A DNA stretch of 64,000 bases, from contig OY730414.1 of NCBI GenBank assembly GCA_963422615.1, positions 186,001 to 250,000 of the forward strand, read 5' to 3'. Position numbers and translations under genes: made by a program. The notes below the pieces were generated by a model. It was given only the letters and a program-made list of their open reading frames with translations. It did not search any database and had not been told where the DNA came from. This stretch comes from Longimicrobiales bacterium (lineage in GTDB: Bacteria; Gemmatimonadota; Gemmatimonadetes; Longimicrobiales; Gaopeijiaceae). Below are positions 39,368 to 49,988 of this stretch, one piece after another; position 1 is the first letter of the stretch, and each line of letters begins with the position of its first letter.

Positions 39368-41686
39368 ATGAAACCCGGCCTGCGCGGGCTTCGGACCGCC
39401 TCAAAGAGGCGGGCCTGGTTGCGAGTCCCGCACTCCGTGACCAGGGTGACCGCCCTGGTCCTTGCTGTTGGCGCCTTCGGGTCCTGCACTTCGGACGAGC
39501 GCACTCCGGAGGTTGCCGCGGGATCGGGCTACTCCGAGGTCGCAAGGGCCCTTGGGGCCATGATCGAGCGGGAGCGGGAGCAGAAGGACCTCGCCGCCGT
39601 GTCGGTTGCGCTGGTTGATGGAGACGGCGTTGTGTGGGCGGCCGGTTTCGGCGAGCAAGCCCCCGGGTACCTGCGGGACTTTGCCCCCGACAACCGTTCG
39701 GGCCCGGCAATCACGTTGCGTCAACTCATGTCGCACCGGTCGGGACTGATCCGGGAGCCTCCCGCCGGCCACTACTTCGACGACACCGGCACTACCCTCG
39801 CGGCCACCGTCGCCAGCTTGGCGGGCCAGGCCCTCGTCTACGAGCCCGCATCCAGAACCAAGTACTCAAACGCGGGCATAGCCGTGGCCGGCTACGTGCT
39901 GGAAGCGACTCGGGGGGAGCCCTTTGCCGACTACGTCAAGGGGGCTGTCCTCATCCCCCTCGGGATGACGACCAGTGCCTTCACGCCCGCACCCGAGGTC
40001 GCCGACGCCTTGGCCCGGGCATACATGTGGGGTTTCGACCGGGGCCGCTTCGACGCCCCGACCTTCGAACTCGGGATGGCGCCGGCGGGCAGCATGTACT
40101 CGACCGTGCTCGACTTGGCCCGCTTTATGGGTGCCATGTTCCGGCGGGGCGAAGGGGAGAGGGGACGCATTCTCCAAGCAGCAACGCTGGAGTCGATGTG
40201 GGAACCGCAGTTCGCAGACCCGGGCGCCACCGAGGGGTACGGCCTTGGCTTCGCGGTGCGGGAGCGCTTCGGGGAGCGGTGGCTCGGCCACGGCGGGGCG
40301 ATCTACGGGTTCTCGACCCAGCTCGCCTTTCTTCCCGGGGCGGAGCTGGGGGTGGCGGTAGTCTCGGCGGTGGACGGAACGAATGCCTTCACCAGCCGCG
40401 TGGCCGACGCAGCCCTGGAGCTGATGCTCGCGGCGAAGGCCGGCAAACCTCTTCCGGAAGCCCCCCTTCGCGGCACCGATCCCATCGATCCCGCGCTCGC
40501 CCGGCAACTCGAGGGCGTGTACGGCACCGGAGACGCCGCCCTCGAGCTCGACGAGCGAAACGGTCGGCTGTACGTCACGCCATCGCGCGGCGGCTCGACT
40601 GCGGAGGTCCGCACGCTCGGCGACACCCTGATCGTGGACGACCGACTGGCCTTCGGAACCCGTTTCCTCCAGGACGGAATCGACCTCGTCGTCCTAGGCG
40701 ATCCGTTGCAACGGCGGGTACGACAGCCCCTCCGGGGACGCCCCGCGCACCCGCCGGCGCACTGGAACGGCCTGATCGGGGAGTACGGCTGGGACCACAA
40801 TGTGCTCTACGTGCTGGAACGGGAAGGTCGGCTGCACGCCCTCATCGAGTGGTTCTTCCTCTATCCGCTGGAGGAGGTCTCCCGAGACGTGTATGCCTTT
40901 CCCGACCGGGGACTCTACCCAGGTGAGCAGCTGGTATTCTCCCGCGGCCCAGAGGATCGGGCAACGTCCGTCGAAGCCGCCTCGGTCGTCTTCCAACGCC
41001 GGAACGTCGGCACCGAAGCGGGCGGTACCTTCCGGATCACGCCCGCGCGCCCGGTCGAAGACTTGCGCGCCGAAGCCCTCGCCGCATCCCCGCCCGAGGA
41101 GCCGGGCCCATTCCGGGACCCCGAGCTGGTCGAGGTGACCGCGCTGGAGCCGGGAATCCGCCTTGACGTTCGTTATGCGACGACAAACAACTTCATGTCC
41201 TCGGTCTTCTACGACCAAGCTCGGGTCTTCCTCCAGAGGCCTGCCGCCGAAGCCGTGGTGCGGGCGCACCGACGGCTCGCGGAGAACGGATATGGCTTGC
41301 TTTTGCACGACGGCTACCGGCCCTGGTACGTGACCAAGATGTTTTGGGACGCGACGCCCGAGTCGCAGAAAATCTTCGTTGCCAACCCGGAAAGCGGCTC
41401 CCGCCACAACCGGGGCTCGGCAATCGACCTCAACCTCTACGACCTCGCCACGGGCCAACCCGCCGACATGGTCGGAACGTACGACGAATTCTCGCCCCGC
41501 TCATTCCCGAACTATCCGGGTGGGACATCGCGGCAGCGATGGTTGCGGGAACTTCTCCGCCGGGCCATGGAGGCGGAGGGATTTTCCGTATACGAGGCCG
41601 AGTGGTGGCACTTCGACCACGAAGACTGGAGGGAGTACTCACTCCAGAACGTGACGTTCGACCAGCTGGACGGCGATCCGGGCTGA
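39368..41686 (+). CDS. Beta-lactamase-like domain fused to VanX/DdpX D-Ala-D-Ala dipeptidase (M15D), probable lipoprotein
   Basis: ITLRQLMSHRSG, YSN and HGG in the N-terminal domain, whose SxxK segment is missing; HDGYRP, SRHNRGSAID and EWWH in the C-terminal domain; FGSC lipobox. Confidence 0.8.
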   Translation: MKPGLRGLRTASKRRAWLRVPHSVTRVTALVLAVGAFGSCTSDERTPEVAAGSGYSEVARALGAMIEREREQKDLAAVSVALVDGDGVVWAAGFGEQAPGYLRDFAPDNRSGPAITLRQLMSHRSGLIREPPAGHYFDDTGTTLAATVASLAGQALVYEPASRTKYSNAGIAVAGYVLEATRGEPFADYVKGAVLIPLGMTTSAFTPAPEVADALARAYMWGFDRGRFDAPTFELGMAPAGSMYSTVLDLARFMGAMFRRGEGERGRILQAATLESMWEPQFADPGATEGYGLGFAVRERFGERWLGHGGAIYGFSTQLAFLPGAELGVAVVSAVDGTNAFTSRVADAALELMLAAKAGKPLPEAPLRGTDPIDPALARQLEGVYGTGDAALELDERNGRLYVTPSRGGSTAEVRTLGDTLIVDDRLAFGTRFLQDGIDLVVLGDPLQRRVRQPLRGRPAHPPAHWNGLIGEYGWDHNVLYVLEREGRLHALIEWFFLYPLEEVSRDVYAFPDRGLYPGEQLVFSRGPEDRATSVEAASVVFQRRNVGTEAGGTFRITPARPVEDLRAEALAASPPEEPGPFRDPELVEVTALEPGIRLDVRYATTNNFMSSVFYDQARVFLQRPAAEAVVRAHRRLAENGYGLLLHDGYRPWYVTKMFWDATPESQKIFVANPESGSRHNRGSAIDLNLYDLATGQPADMVGTYDEFSPRSFPNYPGGTSRQRWLRELLRRAMEAEGFSVYEAEWWHFDHEDWREYSLQNVTFDQLDGDPG

Positions 41687-41697
41687 GCTGAGTCAAG

Positions 41698-42633
41698 CTG
41701 TCTACCCAAGGGCAAGCCAGGCCAAAGCGGCGTAACTGGAGCGTCGATGCCGGCCTCCTTCTGACCGCGGTCATCTGGGGACTGAACTTCTCCGTGGTGA
41801 AGGTCGCGCTGCGGGAAATCGAGCCGCTGGCGCTGAACGCGCTCCGTTTCCCCTTCGCCGTGCTGACCCTGGGAGTCCTGCTGCGTCTGCAGGGACGGCG
41901 GCTGATCCCCAGGCGAAAAGATTGGGGCAAGGTCGTGGTGCTGGGAGTTGTCGGCCATGCGGCCTTCCAGATTTGTTTCATCTTTGCGCTGGACCTGACG
42001 CTGGCAGGCAACGCGGCCCTTCTGCTGTCGACGTCTCCGGTCTGGGTCGTGCTCATTTCGACCGGGCTGGGCCGGGAGCGCTTCAGTTCGGCCGTCCTGT
42101 TCGGGGCACTCGCAACCCTGGCGGGCATGGGGCTCTTGATCACGGGAGGCCCGAACCCACTGGGAGGAAGTGCCTGGGGGGACCTTCTCATGGTAGCCGC
42201 TGCGGTCTTTTGGGCGCTCTATACCGTCCTGGGGAGGCGAGCGATCAAGCGGCACGGGGCACTGGAAATGACGGCGTGGACGCTCTGGGCCGGAACCCCC
42301 CTGGTCTTCGCGGCGGGACTCCCCGGCCTGTGGCGCACCGGCTTGGTTTCCCTTTCCCTGGGCACCTGGGCCGCGATCGCCTACGCCGGCGTCCTGGCCA
42401 TCTCCGTGGCCTACTTCCTCTGGTACCGGGGCGTGGGAACCATTGGCCAGAACCGCACGGCCGTGTACACCAACCTGGTGCCCGTCGTCGCCTTGGTCAT
42501 GGCGTGGTTATGGCTGGGAGAAACGCCGACCCCTAGACAGCTGGCCGGCGTCGGCGTGATCCTCGCCGGCCTCGTGGTGGCTCGCCGGGGACGGTGGGGC
42601 CGGACGACGCCCGGCCCGGCGCGATCCGCTTAA
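41698..42633 (+). CDS. DMT/EamA family transporter
   Basis: IWGLNF, LNALRF, GRER, GDLL and GETP motifs with about 10 TM helices; start ambiguous (CTG 41698 or GTG 41794). Confidence 0.8.
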   Translation: MSTQGQARPKRRNWSVDAGLLLTAVIWGLNFSVVKVALREIEPLALNALRFPFAVLTLGVLLRLQGRRLIPRRKDWGKVVVLGVVGHAAFQICFIFALDLTLAGNAALLLSTSPVWVVLISTGLGRERFSSAVLFGALATLAGMGLLITGGPNPLGGSAWGDLLMVAAAVFWALYTVLGRRAIKRHGALEMTAWTLWAGTPLVFAAGLPGLWRTGLVSLSLGTWAAIAYAGVLAISVAYFLWYRGVGTIGQNRTAVYTNLVPVVALVMAWLWLGETPTPRQLAGVGVILAGLVVARRGRWGRTTPGPARSA

Positions 42634-42711
42634 CGCTCTACGCCGCTTCGCTCCACGGTACCCGCGCTTTGCCCACCGTACCCAAAGCGATCCTCGCCTC
42701 CCTGGCCCCCC

Positions 42712-44841
42712 TCACCACTCGGCCAGCTTCAAAATGCCTTCCAGGACATCGTCCGTCTGGGGCAGGATGACCTTCTCCAGCTGCGGCGAATACGCCACCC
42801 ACGTGTCCAGAGACGCGACTCGCTGCACCGGTCCGTCCAGCCACGGGAACAGCTCATCGGCGATCCGGGCGGAGATTTCGGCGCCGATCCCGAAGGAAAG
42901 GGCATCCTCGTGGGCAATCATGACTTTGTTCGTCTTTCGGACCGAATCGGCCACCGTATCCATGTCCAGGGGAGACAGCGACCGCAGGTCAATGACTTCG
43001 ACGTCGATTCCGTGCTGCTTCCGGGCCACGCGCGCCGCGTCCATGGTTCGCTTCACCAGGGCCCCGCAGGTAACGACCGTCAGATCCCGTCCGGGGCGAA
43101 CCACTTTGGCCTTCCCGAAAGGAACCATATAGTCCGGACCGGGATACGCCCCCTTGTTGTGCACCTGGCGGTATAGGTGCTTGTGCTCCAGGAACAGGAC
43201 GGGGTCTTCGCACCGGATCGCCGTTCTCAGGAGGCCGTTGGCGTCCAGGGCGTTGGAGGGGAGGACGACCCGGAGCCCCGGGGTGTGGGTAAAGAGCGTG
43301 GCCCCGGTCTGGGAGTGGTAGATGCCGCCCTTGATGTAACCTCCATAGGTCGTACGCACGACCACCGGTGCCGACCAGTGGCCCGCCGAACGGTACCGCA
43401 TGGTCGCCAGCTCGTTCCGGATCTGCATGAACGCAGGCCAGATGTAGTCGAAGAACTGGATTTCCACGACCGGCTTCAGACCCCGCACCGCCATTCCGAT
43501 GGCCCGGCCGATGATGTTCGCCTCGGCAAGGGGAGCATTGTAGACCCGATCCCCTCCAAATTGTCCCTGAAGCCCGTGGGTCACCTTGAAGACTCCGCCC
43601 TTGCCCTTCACCTCACCCAGAGCCTCTTCCCGGGAAACGTCGGCCACGTCTTGGCCGAAAAGGACGATCCGGGGATCACGGGTCATTTCGTCCCGGAGAC
43701 ACCGGTTCAGCAGGTCCACCATGGTGAGTGGCTTGTCGTCCTCAAGAGCCGGTTTGGACTCGGTATCGAATTCCTTACCCCTAGGGTCCACCGTCTCGGA
43801 GTAGAGCCATCGGGTTGCGGTATCGGGCGGAGGCTGGGGGTACTCCAGCGCCTGGTCGGCGGCCCCCGCCACCGCCGCCCGGACGTCGGCCTCCAGACGG
43901 TCCAGCTCCCCTTCCGAAGCCACCCCCCTATTGATGAGAAGTCGGCGGGTTCCGAGTAGCGGATCCCGGCTTTGTTGGCGGGCAAGTTCCGCAGACGAAC
44001 GGTACAGGGTCTCGTCGTCGGAGGCAGAATGGGAATACGGGCGGGTCACGTGGGCGTGGAGGAGAGCGGGACCCCGTCGTTCCCGGCACCACCGGACGAC
44101 CTCCCCCGATGCCCGGTGACTGTCCAGCACATCGGTGCCGTCACACTCCACGATCTTCAGGTTCGGGAGGCCCGCGAGGAGACGGGAGACGTTGCCCCCC
44201 GCCGTCTGTACTTCCACCGGCACGGAAATCGCGTACTCGTTGTCCTCAACGAGGAAGAGGACGGGAAGCTTCAGATTGCACGCCGTGTTCAGCGCTTCCC
44301 AGAACTCGCCCTGGGAAGTGGTCCCGTCGCCCGCGCAACAAACGACGATTTCGTCGTCGGCAAAGCGGGGAACGTCGGCGGATTCCGGCATGAGCGAAGC
44401 CTTCAACCCCGCTTCCGCCGTGCCGACGGCGTGAAGGAACTGCGTCCCCGTCGGGGAGGAGGCCGAAACCATGTTGAAACGGCGGTCTGCGAAGTGGGCG
44501 GGCATCTGGCGGCCCCCGCTGGCGGGGTCGGCTTGGGCACCCATGCCCTGGAGGAAGTGATCCGTCGGCGACTGGCCCAGAACCAGAGCCAGGGCCCGGT
44601 CCCGGTAGTAGAGGTAGAACCAGTCCGAGCCGGGGCGGAGTCTTTCGGAAAGGGCGACCTGAACGGCTTCGTGGCCCGCTCCGGCGATTTGGAAGAAGAT
44701 CTTGCCCTGTCGGTAGAGGCTGGTTTCCCGGTCGTCGATGCAACGGGCCGTCACCATGGTCCGGTACCACGCCAGTAGGGTTTCCGGACTCGGCAGGCCC
44801 GTATCAATGTCCGTATCGAGTTCGCGTTCCAGTGTCGCCAT
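42712..44841 (-). CDS. 2-oxoacid dehydrogenase E1 alpha/beta fusion (2-oxoisovalerate/pyruvate type)
   Basis: [25 protein letters not shown]hDP motif, HSASDD, GGVFKVT, EIQFFDY, HSQ. Confidence 0.9.
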   Translation of the reverse strand: MATLERELDTDIDTGLPSPETLLAWYRTMVTARCIDDRETSLYRQGKIFFQIAGAGHEAVQVALSERLRPGSDWFYLYYRDRALALVLGQSPTDHFLQGMGAQADPASGGRQMPAHFADRRFNMVSASSPTGTQFLHAVGTAEAGLKASLMPESADVPRFADDEIVVCCAGDGTTSQGEFWEALNTACNLKLPVLFLVEDNEYAISVPVEVQTAGGNVSRLLAGLPNLKIVECDGTDVLDSHRASGEVVRWCRERRGPALLHAHVTRPYSHSASDDETLYRSSAELARQQSRDPLLGTRRLLINRGVASEGELDRLEADVRAAVAGAADQALEYPQPPPDTATRWLYSETVDPRGKEFDTESKPALEDDKPLTMVDLLNRCLRDEMTRDPRIVLFGQDVADVSREEALGEVKGKGGVFKVTHGLQGQFGGDRVYNAPLAEANIIGRAIGMAVRGLKPVVEIQFFDYIWPAFMQIRNELATMRYRSAGHWSAPVVVRTTYGGYIKGGIYHSQTGATLFTHTPGLRVVLPSNALDANGLLRTAIRCEDPVLFLEHKHLYRQVHNKGAYPGPDYMVPFGKAKVVRPGRDLTVVTCGALVKRTMDAARVARKQHGIDVEVIDLRSLSPLDMDTVADSVRKTNKVMIAHEDALSFGIGAEISARIADELFPWLDGPVQRVASLDTWVAYSPQLEKVILPQTDDVLEGILKLAEW

Positions 44842-44920
44842 GGGCTCCCGAGTTGCGTGCTTCGCCCGACAGAGGCGTTTCGGGACCCCGGATTCCGGTC
44901 CGCCCCGGAGTTCCCTCTCC

Positions 44921-46972
44921 CTAGAAAGTAACGATCTTGACCCGTTTCAGCCTGTCGCCCAGGGCCTCCGGAGAAGCCATCGGTTCACTGCAAACCGGCC
45001 CTTCGCAGACGACCGCCTCCCCGACCCGGTCCAGGCGCCCCTCCATCGCCGGAAGGGCCGCTACGGCGGGGTTCTCGGGGTCGCCCCCCAAGATCACCCG
45101 GTTCGGATGGGCGTGGCGGTGGGCCCGCAGCAGCATGGCGCCGACTCCCTCCGGCGGACCCGCCAGGGAAACCGCCAGGCGGGGCGTGGCGGAAAGCAGC
45201 GCCGCCGTAAGAAGGCGTCCCGCCGCAGTCGGGTAGCGCTCCATCGTGCCCCGCTCCCGGGCGATCACCTTCTCTGCCAGCCTTTCGTGTTCCGGAGAGC
45301 CCGTCACCGCAGCCGACCGGACCAGAAGCTCGGCCGCTAGGGAGTTCCCCGACGGCGTGGCGTTGTCCGTGATGTCCCTGGGCCGCACCCACAGGGGCTC
45401 CCCGTCGCCCGAAGCGTCGAAGAAGAGTGCGTCGGCGGACGACCAGAAGGTGTTGACCATGGCGTCGGCGATCCGGACGGCTTCTTCCATCCAGCGGGGA
45501 TTCAGCGTCGCTTCGTAGAGGGATAGGCACGCGTTTCCCAGGGAGCCGTAGTCCTCCAGAAAACCCTGGACATGGACTCGCCCGGCGGCAAGCACCCGGA
45601 AGAGACGGCCGTTCCGGTAAACCGTGTGCAGCAGAAAATCCGCCGCCCGGGCCGACGCTTCGGTATAGTCCGGGCGACCCAGGGCCGGGCCGGCCTCTGC
45701 CAGGGCCCGAATGGCAAAACCGTTCCAGCAGGTCAGCACCTTTTCGTCCCGCAAAGGCTTGGGCCGGGTGTTCCGGTGGGCCTTGAGGACTCCCAGCGCG
45801 TCGTTCAGAACCGCGTCCAGCTCCTTGCGGGCCATGCCCTCTTGCCGCGCCACGGCCTCCAGGTCGTGGGGAAGGTGGAGGATGTTCCGGCCTTCGAAGT
45901 TCCCCGTTTCGCTCACGTCATAGACCCGGGACACGATCCGGGCGGTGTCCCGATCCAGGAGGGACGCCAGCTCCCCGGGGGTCCAGACGTAGAAGGCGCC
46001 TTCCTCCCCTTCGGAGTCGGCATCCCGGGATGAGTAGAACCCGCCATCGGGGGACGCGAGGTCTTCCAGGACGTAGTCCAGCGTCTCTTCGGCGACGCGC
46101 CCCAATCCGACGGCCCCCAAGAGGTGGGCCCGGACCAGGGCCCGGACAATGAGGGCGTTGTCGTACAACATCTTCTCGAAATGGGGGACCAGCCAGCGGG
46201 CATCGACGGAATACCGATGGAAGCCGCCGCCGACGTGGTCCCGAATGCCGCCAGCGGCCATCCGAGAAAGGGTGTGGCAGGCCATGGAAACACCGGGGGC
46301 CCCGGCGGTCCCCGTCCGCAGGAGAAAGTCCAGAAACACGGGCTGCGGGAACTTGGGTGCTCCCCCGAATCCCCCATACCCGGGATCGAAGCTTCGCCCC
46401 GCCGAGGACACGGCCCCGCTGAAGAGCTGGCCACCCGAAGCGTCGAAGCCCGTCGAGGGCTGAGGCTCCGTCGAGCTCCGCTTCAGGATGTCCCGAATCC
46501 GGTCTCCCGCCCGGACCACCGCTTCCCGACGGGACTCCCAGGCACCGGCAGCCGTGGCGAGCACCTGGCGGAAGGAAGGAAGGCCGTGGCGAGGCGCCGG
46601 GGGAAAGTAGGTCCCGCCGTAGTACGGAACGCCCCCGGGGGTGAGAAAGGCCGTCAAGGGCCATCCTCCCTGGCCGGTCATGGCCTGGACGGCGCGCATG
46701 TAGATGGAATCCAGGTCGGGCCGCTCCTCTCGATCCACTTTGATGTTGACGAAAGACCGATTCATGAGACGGGCCGTCCGGGCGTCCTCGAACGACTCCC
46801 GCTCCATGACGTGACACCAGTGGCACGCCGAGTATCCGATGGAAAGGAGAATGGGACGGTCCCGTTCGCAGGCCAGGGCCAGGGCCTCCTCTCCCCACGG
46901 AAACCACTCCACCGGGTTTTCCGCGTGCTGGAGCAGGTAGGGACTGGTTTCCTTGGCGAGGCGGTTTGTCAT
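44921..46972 (-). CDS. YyaL/SSP411-family thioredoxin-domain protein
   Basis: [47 protein letters not shown]. Confidence 0.9.
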   Translation of the reverse strand: MTNRLAKETSPYLLQHAENPVEWFPWGEEALALACERDRPILLSIGYSACHWCHVMERESFEDARTARLMNRSFVNIKVDREERPDLDSIYMRAVQAMTGQGGWPLTAFLTPGGVPYYGGTYFPPAPRHGLPSFRQVLATAAGAWESRREAVVRAGDRIRDILKRSSTEPQPSTGFDASGGQLFSGAVSSAGRSFDPGYGGFGGAPKFPQPVFLDFLLRTGTAGAPGVSMACHTLSRMAAGGIRDHVGGGFHRYSVDARWLVPHFEKMLYDNALIVRALVRAHLLGAVGLGRVAEETLDYVLEDLASPDGGFYSSRDADSEGEEGAFYVWTPGELASLLDRDTARIVSRVYDVSETGNFEGRNILHLPHDLEAVARQEGMARKELDAVLNDALGVLKAHRNTRPKPLRDEKVLTCWNGFAIRALAEAGPALGRPDYTEASARAADFLLHTVYRNGRLFRVLAAGRVHVQGFLEDYGSLGNACLSLYEATLNPRWMEEAVRIADAMVNTFWSSADALFFDASGDGEPLWVRPRDITDNATPSGNSLAAELLVRSAAVTGSPEHERLAEKVIARERGTMERYPTAAGRLLTAALLSATPRLAVSLAGPPEGVGAMLLRAHRHAHPNRVILGGDPENPAVAALPAMEGRLDRVGEAVVCEGPVCSEPMASPEALGDRLKRVKIVTF

Positions 46973-47289
46973 GGATACGCGCCTTCTACGGGCCCCACTG
47001 CGGGCGGGTAAAGAGCCCCCGCGGGCGGGCCCGCGCCGATTTCAACTGGACCCCGTCGCCGAACCCCGGGCCGGGTACGTCCATGGCCTTCCGTTCGAAA
47101 GATGGCGGGCTCCGTCATATATTGCCTGATGATGGGACACACGGCCCACGGTCCGCAACCGGTTCGTCCGCGCAATGCATTCGGGTGTCCCGGACGGACT
47201 TCCCTGAAACGCGGCCCCAGCTTTCGGCGGTTCGGGATCAGGGTGTTCCCGGAGCGACCCCGGACCCAACGGAGGAGTCCCCCATCGGC

Positions 47290-48110
47290 TTGAAACGACG
47301 ACTTTGGCGGCTGGCGCTTCGGCGTCCCTGGCTTTGTCCCGCGATCCTTTCCGCAGCCTGGACTTTTCGACCAAGGGACTGGTACCGGAAACCCCCTTTC
47401 CTGCCCCTCCCTTCGAAGTCCTACATGAGGTGGCGCCTGGAAACGGCGTACGGAGACCCGGAGGCCGTGCCCCCGACCGACGACCTGATCCGCTTCCTGC
47501 TCTGGTCCCGGGACATGCGCCGCCGGATGGGAGGAAACCGGGACCGGAGCCGCGCCCGGGTCGCGTTCAAAGTCGCCGCCGTCTTCGCCCTTGCCGCTTT
47601 CGCCGTCTGGGTCAATCTCCGGGCATCGGAAATCGACGCAGCGCGGGAGATGGCGGCTTCCGCCGGGTACCCGGGGTTGCTGGCCGTATCCGTCATCAGC
47701 GGCTTCAACCTGATCGCACCCATTCCCGTGGCGGTCTTCTACCCGTTCCTGATGGAGTCGGGCTTCGACCCTATCCCCACCCTGATCACCATCGCTCTGG
47801 GTATGACAGGGGGGGACTTTCTGGGATACCTCATCGGCGATTCCTCCCGGGAGCTGGTCGGCGACCACCGCCTCGCGAAGTTTCGGACCAGAGTGGAGGC
47901 CCTTCGGGATCGCCACCCGTTCTGCCCTTTGGGCTTCTGTTCGTGTACGCTGCCATGGTCCCCATCCCCAACGAAGTCGTCGTCATCCCCCTGGCCTTCA
48001 TGCGGTACTCGATGCTGGGGGTCATGACAGCCGTGTTTTTCGGCAACGTGATCTTCACTTCCGTTATGGCTTTTGGGGCGTCGTGGGTTCTCGGGGGCCA
48101 GGGGCCGTAA
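47290..48110 (+). pseudogene. Frameshifted membrane protein (DedA/VTT-like C-terminal region); pseudogene or sequencing error
   Basis: Membrane protein reads in one frame to ...RDRHP (about 47918) and continues in another as VLPFGLLFVYAAMVPIPNEVVVIPLAF. Start inferred. Confidence 0.6.
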
Positions 48111-48232
48111 GTGATCGCAGAGATCGTAGGGAGCGAATCCGTCGGCGTGGGCCGCACCACCCCAGCCCGGGGGCCGGCAGCCGACCCTGGAACAGGTCGA
48201 AGGGGAGCGCCTTCCGTCGGCGGAGCTCCCCC

Positions 48233-48898
48233 GTGATCGTAGTGGGCCTGACCGGGAACGTGGGGGCGGGCAAGTCCACCGTCGCCCGATTGTGGCGCCG
48301 GGCGGGGGTTCCCGTGGTGTCGGCAGATCGCCTGGCCCGCACGGCCGTGGCCCCCGGTTCCCCGGCCCTCGCCCAAATCGAAAAACTTTTCGGACCGGGG
48401 GTCATCGGGTCCGACGGGTTCATGGACCGAGCCCATGTCCGGCGACGGGTCTTCCGGGACCCGGAGACGCGAAAGCAGCTGGAAGCGATCGTCCACCCCG
48501 TGGTGAAGCGCCTGCGGGATGAATGGACGGAGGAACGGCGGGCTGGCGGGGCCGACTTGGTCGTGTGGGAGATTCCCCTTCTCTTCGAAACCGGAGCGGA
48601 AGACGAAGTGGATGTGATCGTTTTGGTGGATGCGCCCCCGGGGCTGCGGCGGCGGCGAATCATGGAAACGAGAGGGCTCACGGCGGAGGCCGCATCGGCC
48701 ATCATGAACGCCCAGCTCCCCACGGAGGTAATGCACCACCGCACCGATTTCGTGGTGGAAAACGCCGGGACGCGAGAGGAGCTGGATCTTCGCGCGGCCC
48801 ATATCCTGGACGCGCTGGTCCGGGGAGCCGCGAATGCTTCTCACCCACCGCCTAGGTCCGCCGAAGGCGGCCATCACCCCACCGGAAGGGAAGGCTGA
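48233..48898 (+). CDS. coaE: Dephospho-CoA kinase
   Basis: VGLTGNVGAGKST, SADRLAR, LEAIVHP, EIPLLFE. Confidence 0.92.
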   Translation: MIVVGLTGNVGAGKSTVARLWRRAGVPVVSADRLARTAVAPGSPALAQIEKLFGPGVIGSDGFMDRAHVRRRVFRDPETRKQLEAIVHPVVKRLRDEWTEERRAGGADLVVWEIPLLFETGAEDEVDVIVLVDAPPGLRRRRIMETRGLTAEAASAIMNAQLPTEVMHHRTDFVVENAGTREELDLRAAHILDALVRGAANASHPPPRSAEGGHHPTGREG

Positions 48899-48899
48899 A

Positions 48900-49970
48900 T
48901 TGGCGAATCCCCAAAACCCGAATCCCCGGAAGCCACGGGCGCGCCCCGAACGGTCCGGGCCCCATGCGGTGTTGGAGACCCTTTCCCGGGCGAAATCGGT
49001 CGTGCTCACCACCCATGTGAACGCCGACGGAGACGGAATCGGGTCCGAGATCGCCCTTGCCGCCTTCCTGCGCAGCCGGGGAACCCGGGCCTGGATCGTC
49101 AATCCGACCCCCTTCCCCCCACCCTTCCGCTTCCTCCTGCCCGATCCCGGGTGGGTCCTCCCGGCGGCTGGTCAGGAAGCCGCCCGCCGGTGCAGAGAAG
49201 CCGACCTGGCGGTGGTCCTGGACACGGGGGAGGTTCCCAGGATCGGTCGGGTGAACCCCCTGATCCGGCCCCTCCCGAAAGTCGTCGTCGACCACCATCC
49301 CGCCGGGCCCCGACCCGTAGTCGGCGTCGTTTTCCGGGACACCGCCGCCTGCGCGACGGGCGCCATGGTCTTCCGGCTTCTGGATCGGGCCGGGGGACCC
49401 TGGCCGAAGACCGTCGTTCGGGCCCTCTACGTGGCCATTCTGACGGACACCGGTGGCTTTCGTTTCGCGAACGCGAACCCCTGTTGCTTTCGGGCCGCGG
49501 CCCGCTTGGTCGAACTGGGGGCCGAACCCGAAGTGCTGCACCAAGCCGTGTACGGTGGGTTTCGGCGGCACCGATACGAGCTCCTTCGCGAAGCGCTGGC
49601 TACGCTGGAAGTGCACAAGAGCGGACGCATCGCCTGGATGACGATCCCCGACGATGCCTTCAGGCGCTTGGGTGCGACAGTGGACGACCTGGAGGGCTTC
49701 GTCGATTTTCCCCGCAGCATCAAAGGCGTGGAGGTCGCGCTCCTCTTCCGCACGACCGCCGACGGGAAGATCAAGGTGTCGCTGCGGTCTACGGGGAAAA
49801 CGGACGTGAATGCGGTGGCGGTGGCGCTGGGCGGCGGCGGCCACGTCCGGGCGGCAGGGGCGGTGGTGGATGGGACCCTGGAGGTCGCAATAGAACGGTT
49901 ATTGACACGGGTGGAGGGAATACTGGACGTTGGCGGCTTGTCAAGCGTCGGACGGTTACGCAATCGGTAA
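48900..49970 (+). CDS. nrnA: DHH/DHHA1 phosphoesterase (bifunctional oligoribonuclease/PAP phosphatase)
   Basis: THVNADGDGIGS, DHH, TDTGGF, SLRS, GGGGHVRAAG. Start uncertain (48834 or 48900). Confidence 0.85.
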   Translation: MANPQNPNPRKPRARPERSGPHAVLETLSRAKSVVLTTHVNADGDGIGSEIALAAFLRSRGTRAWIVNPTPFPPPFRFLLPDPGWVLPAAGQEAARRCREADLAVVLDTGEVPRIGRVNPLIRPLPKVVVDHHPAGPRPVVGVVFRDTAACATGAMVFRLLDRAGGPWPKTVVRALYVAILTDTGGFRFANANPCCFRAAARLVELGAEPEVLHQAVYGGFRRHRYELLREALATLEVHKSGRIAWMTIPDDAFRRLGATVDDLEGFVDFPRSIKGVEVALLFRTTADGKIKVSLRSTGKTDVNAVAVALGGGGHVRAAGAVVDGTLEVAIERLLTRVEGILDVGGLSSVGRLRNR

Positions 49971-49988
49971 CCCAAGGACGGAGGAGAC

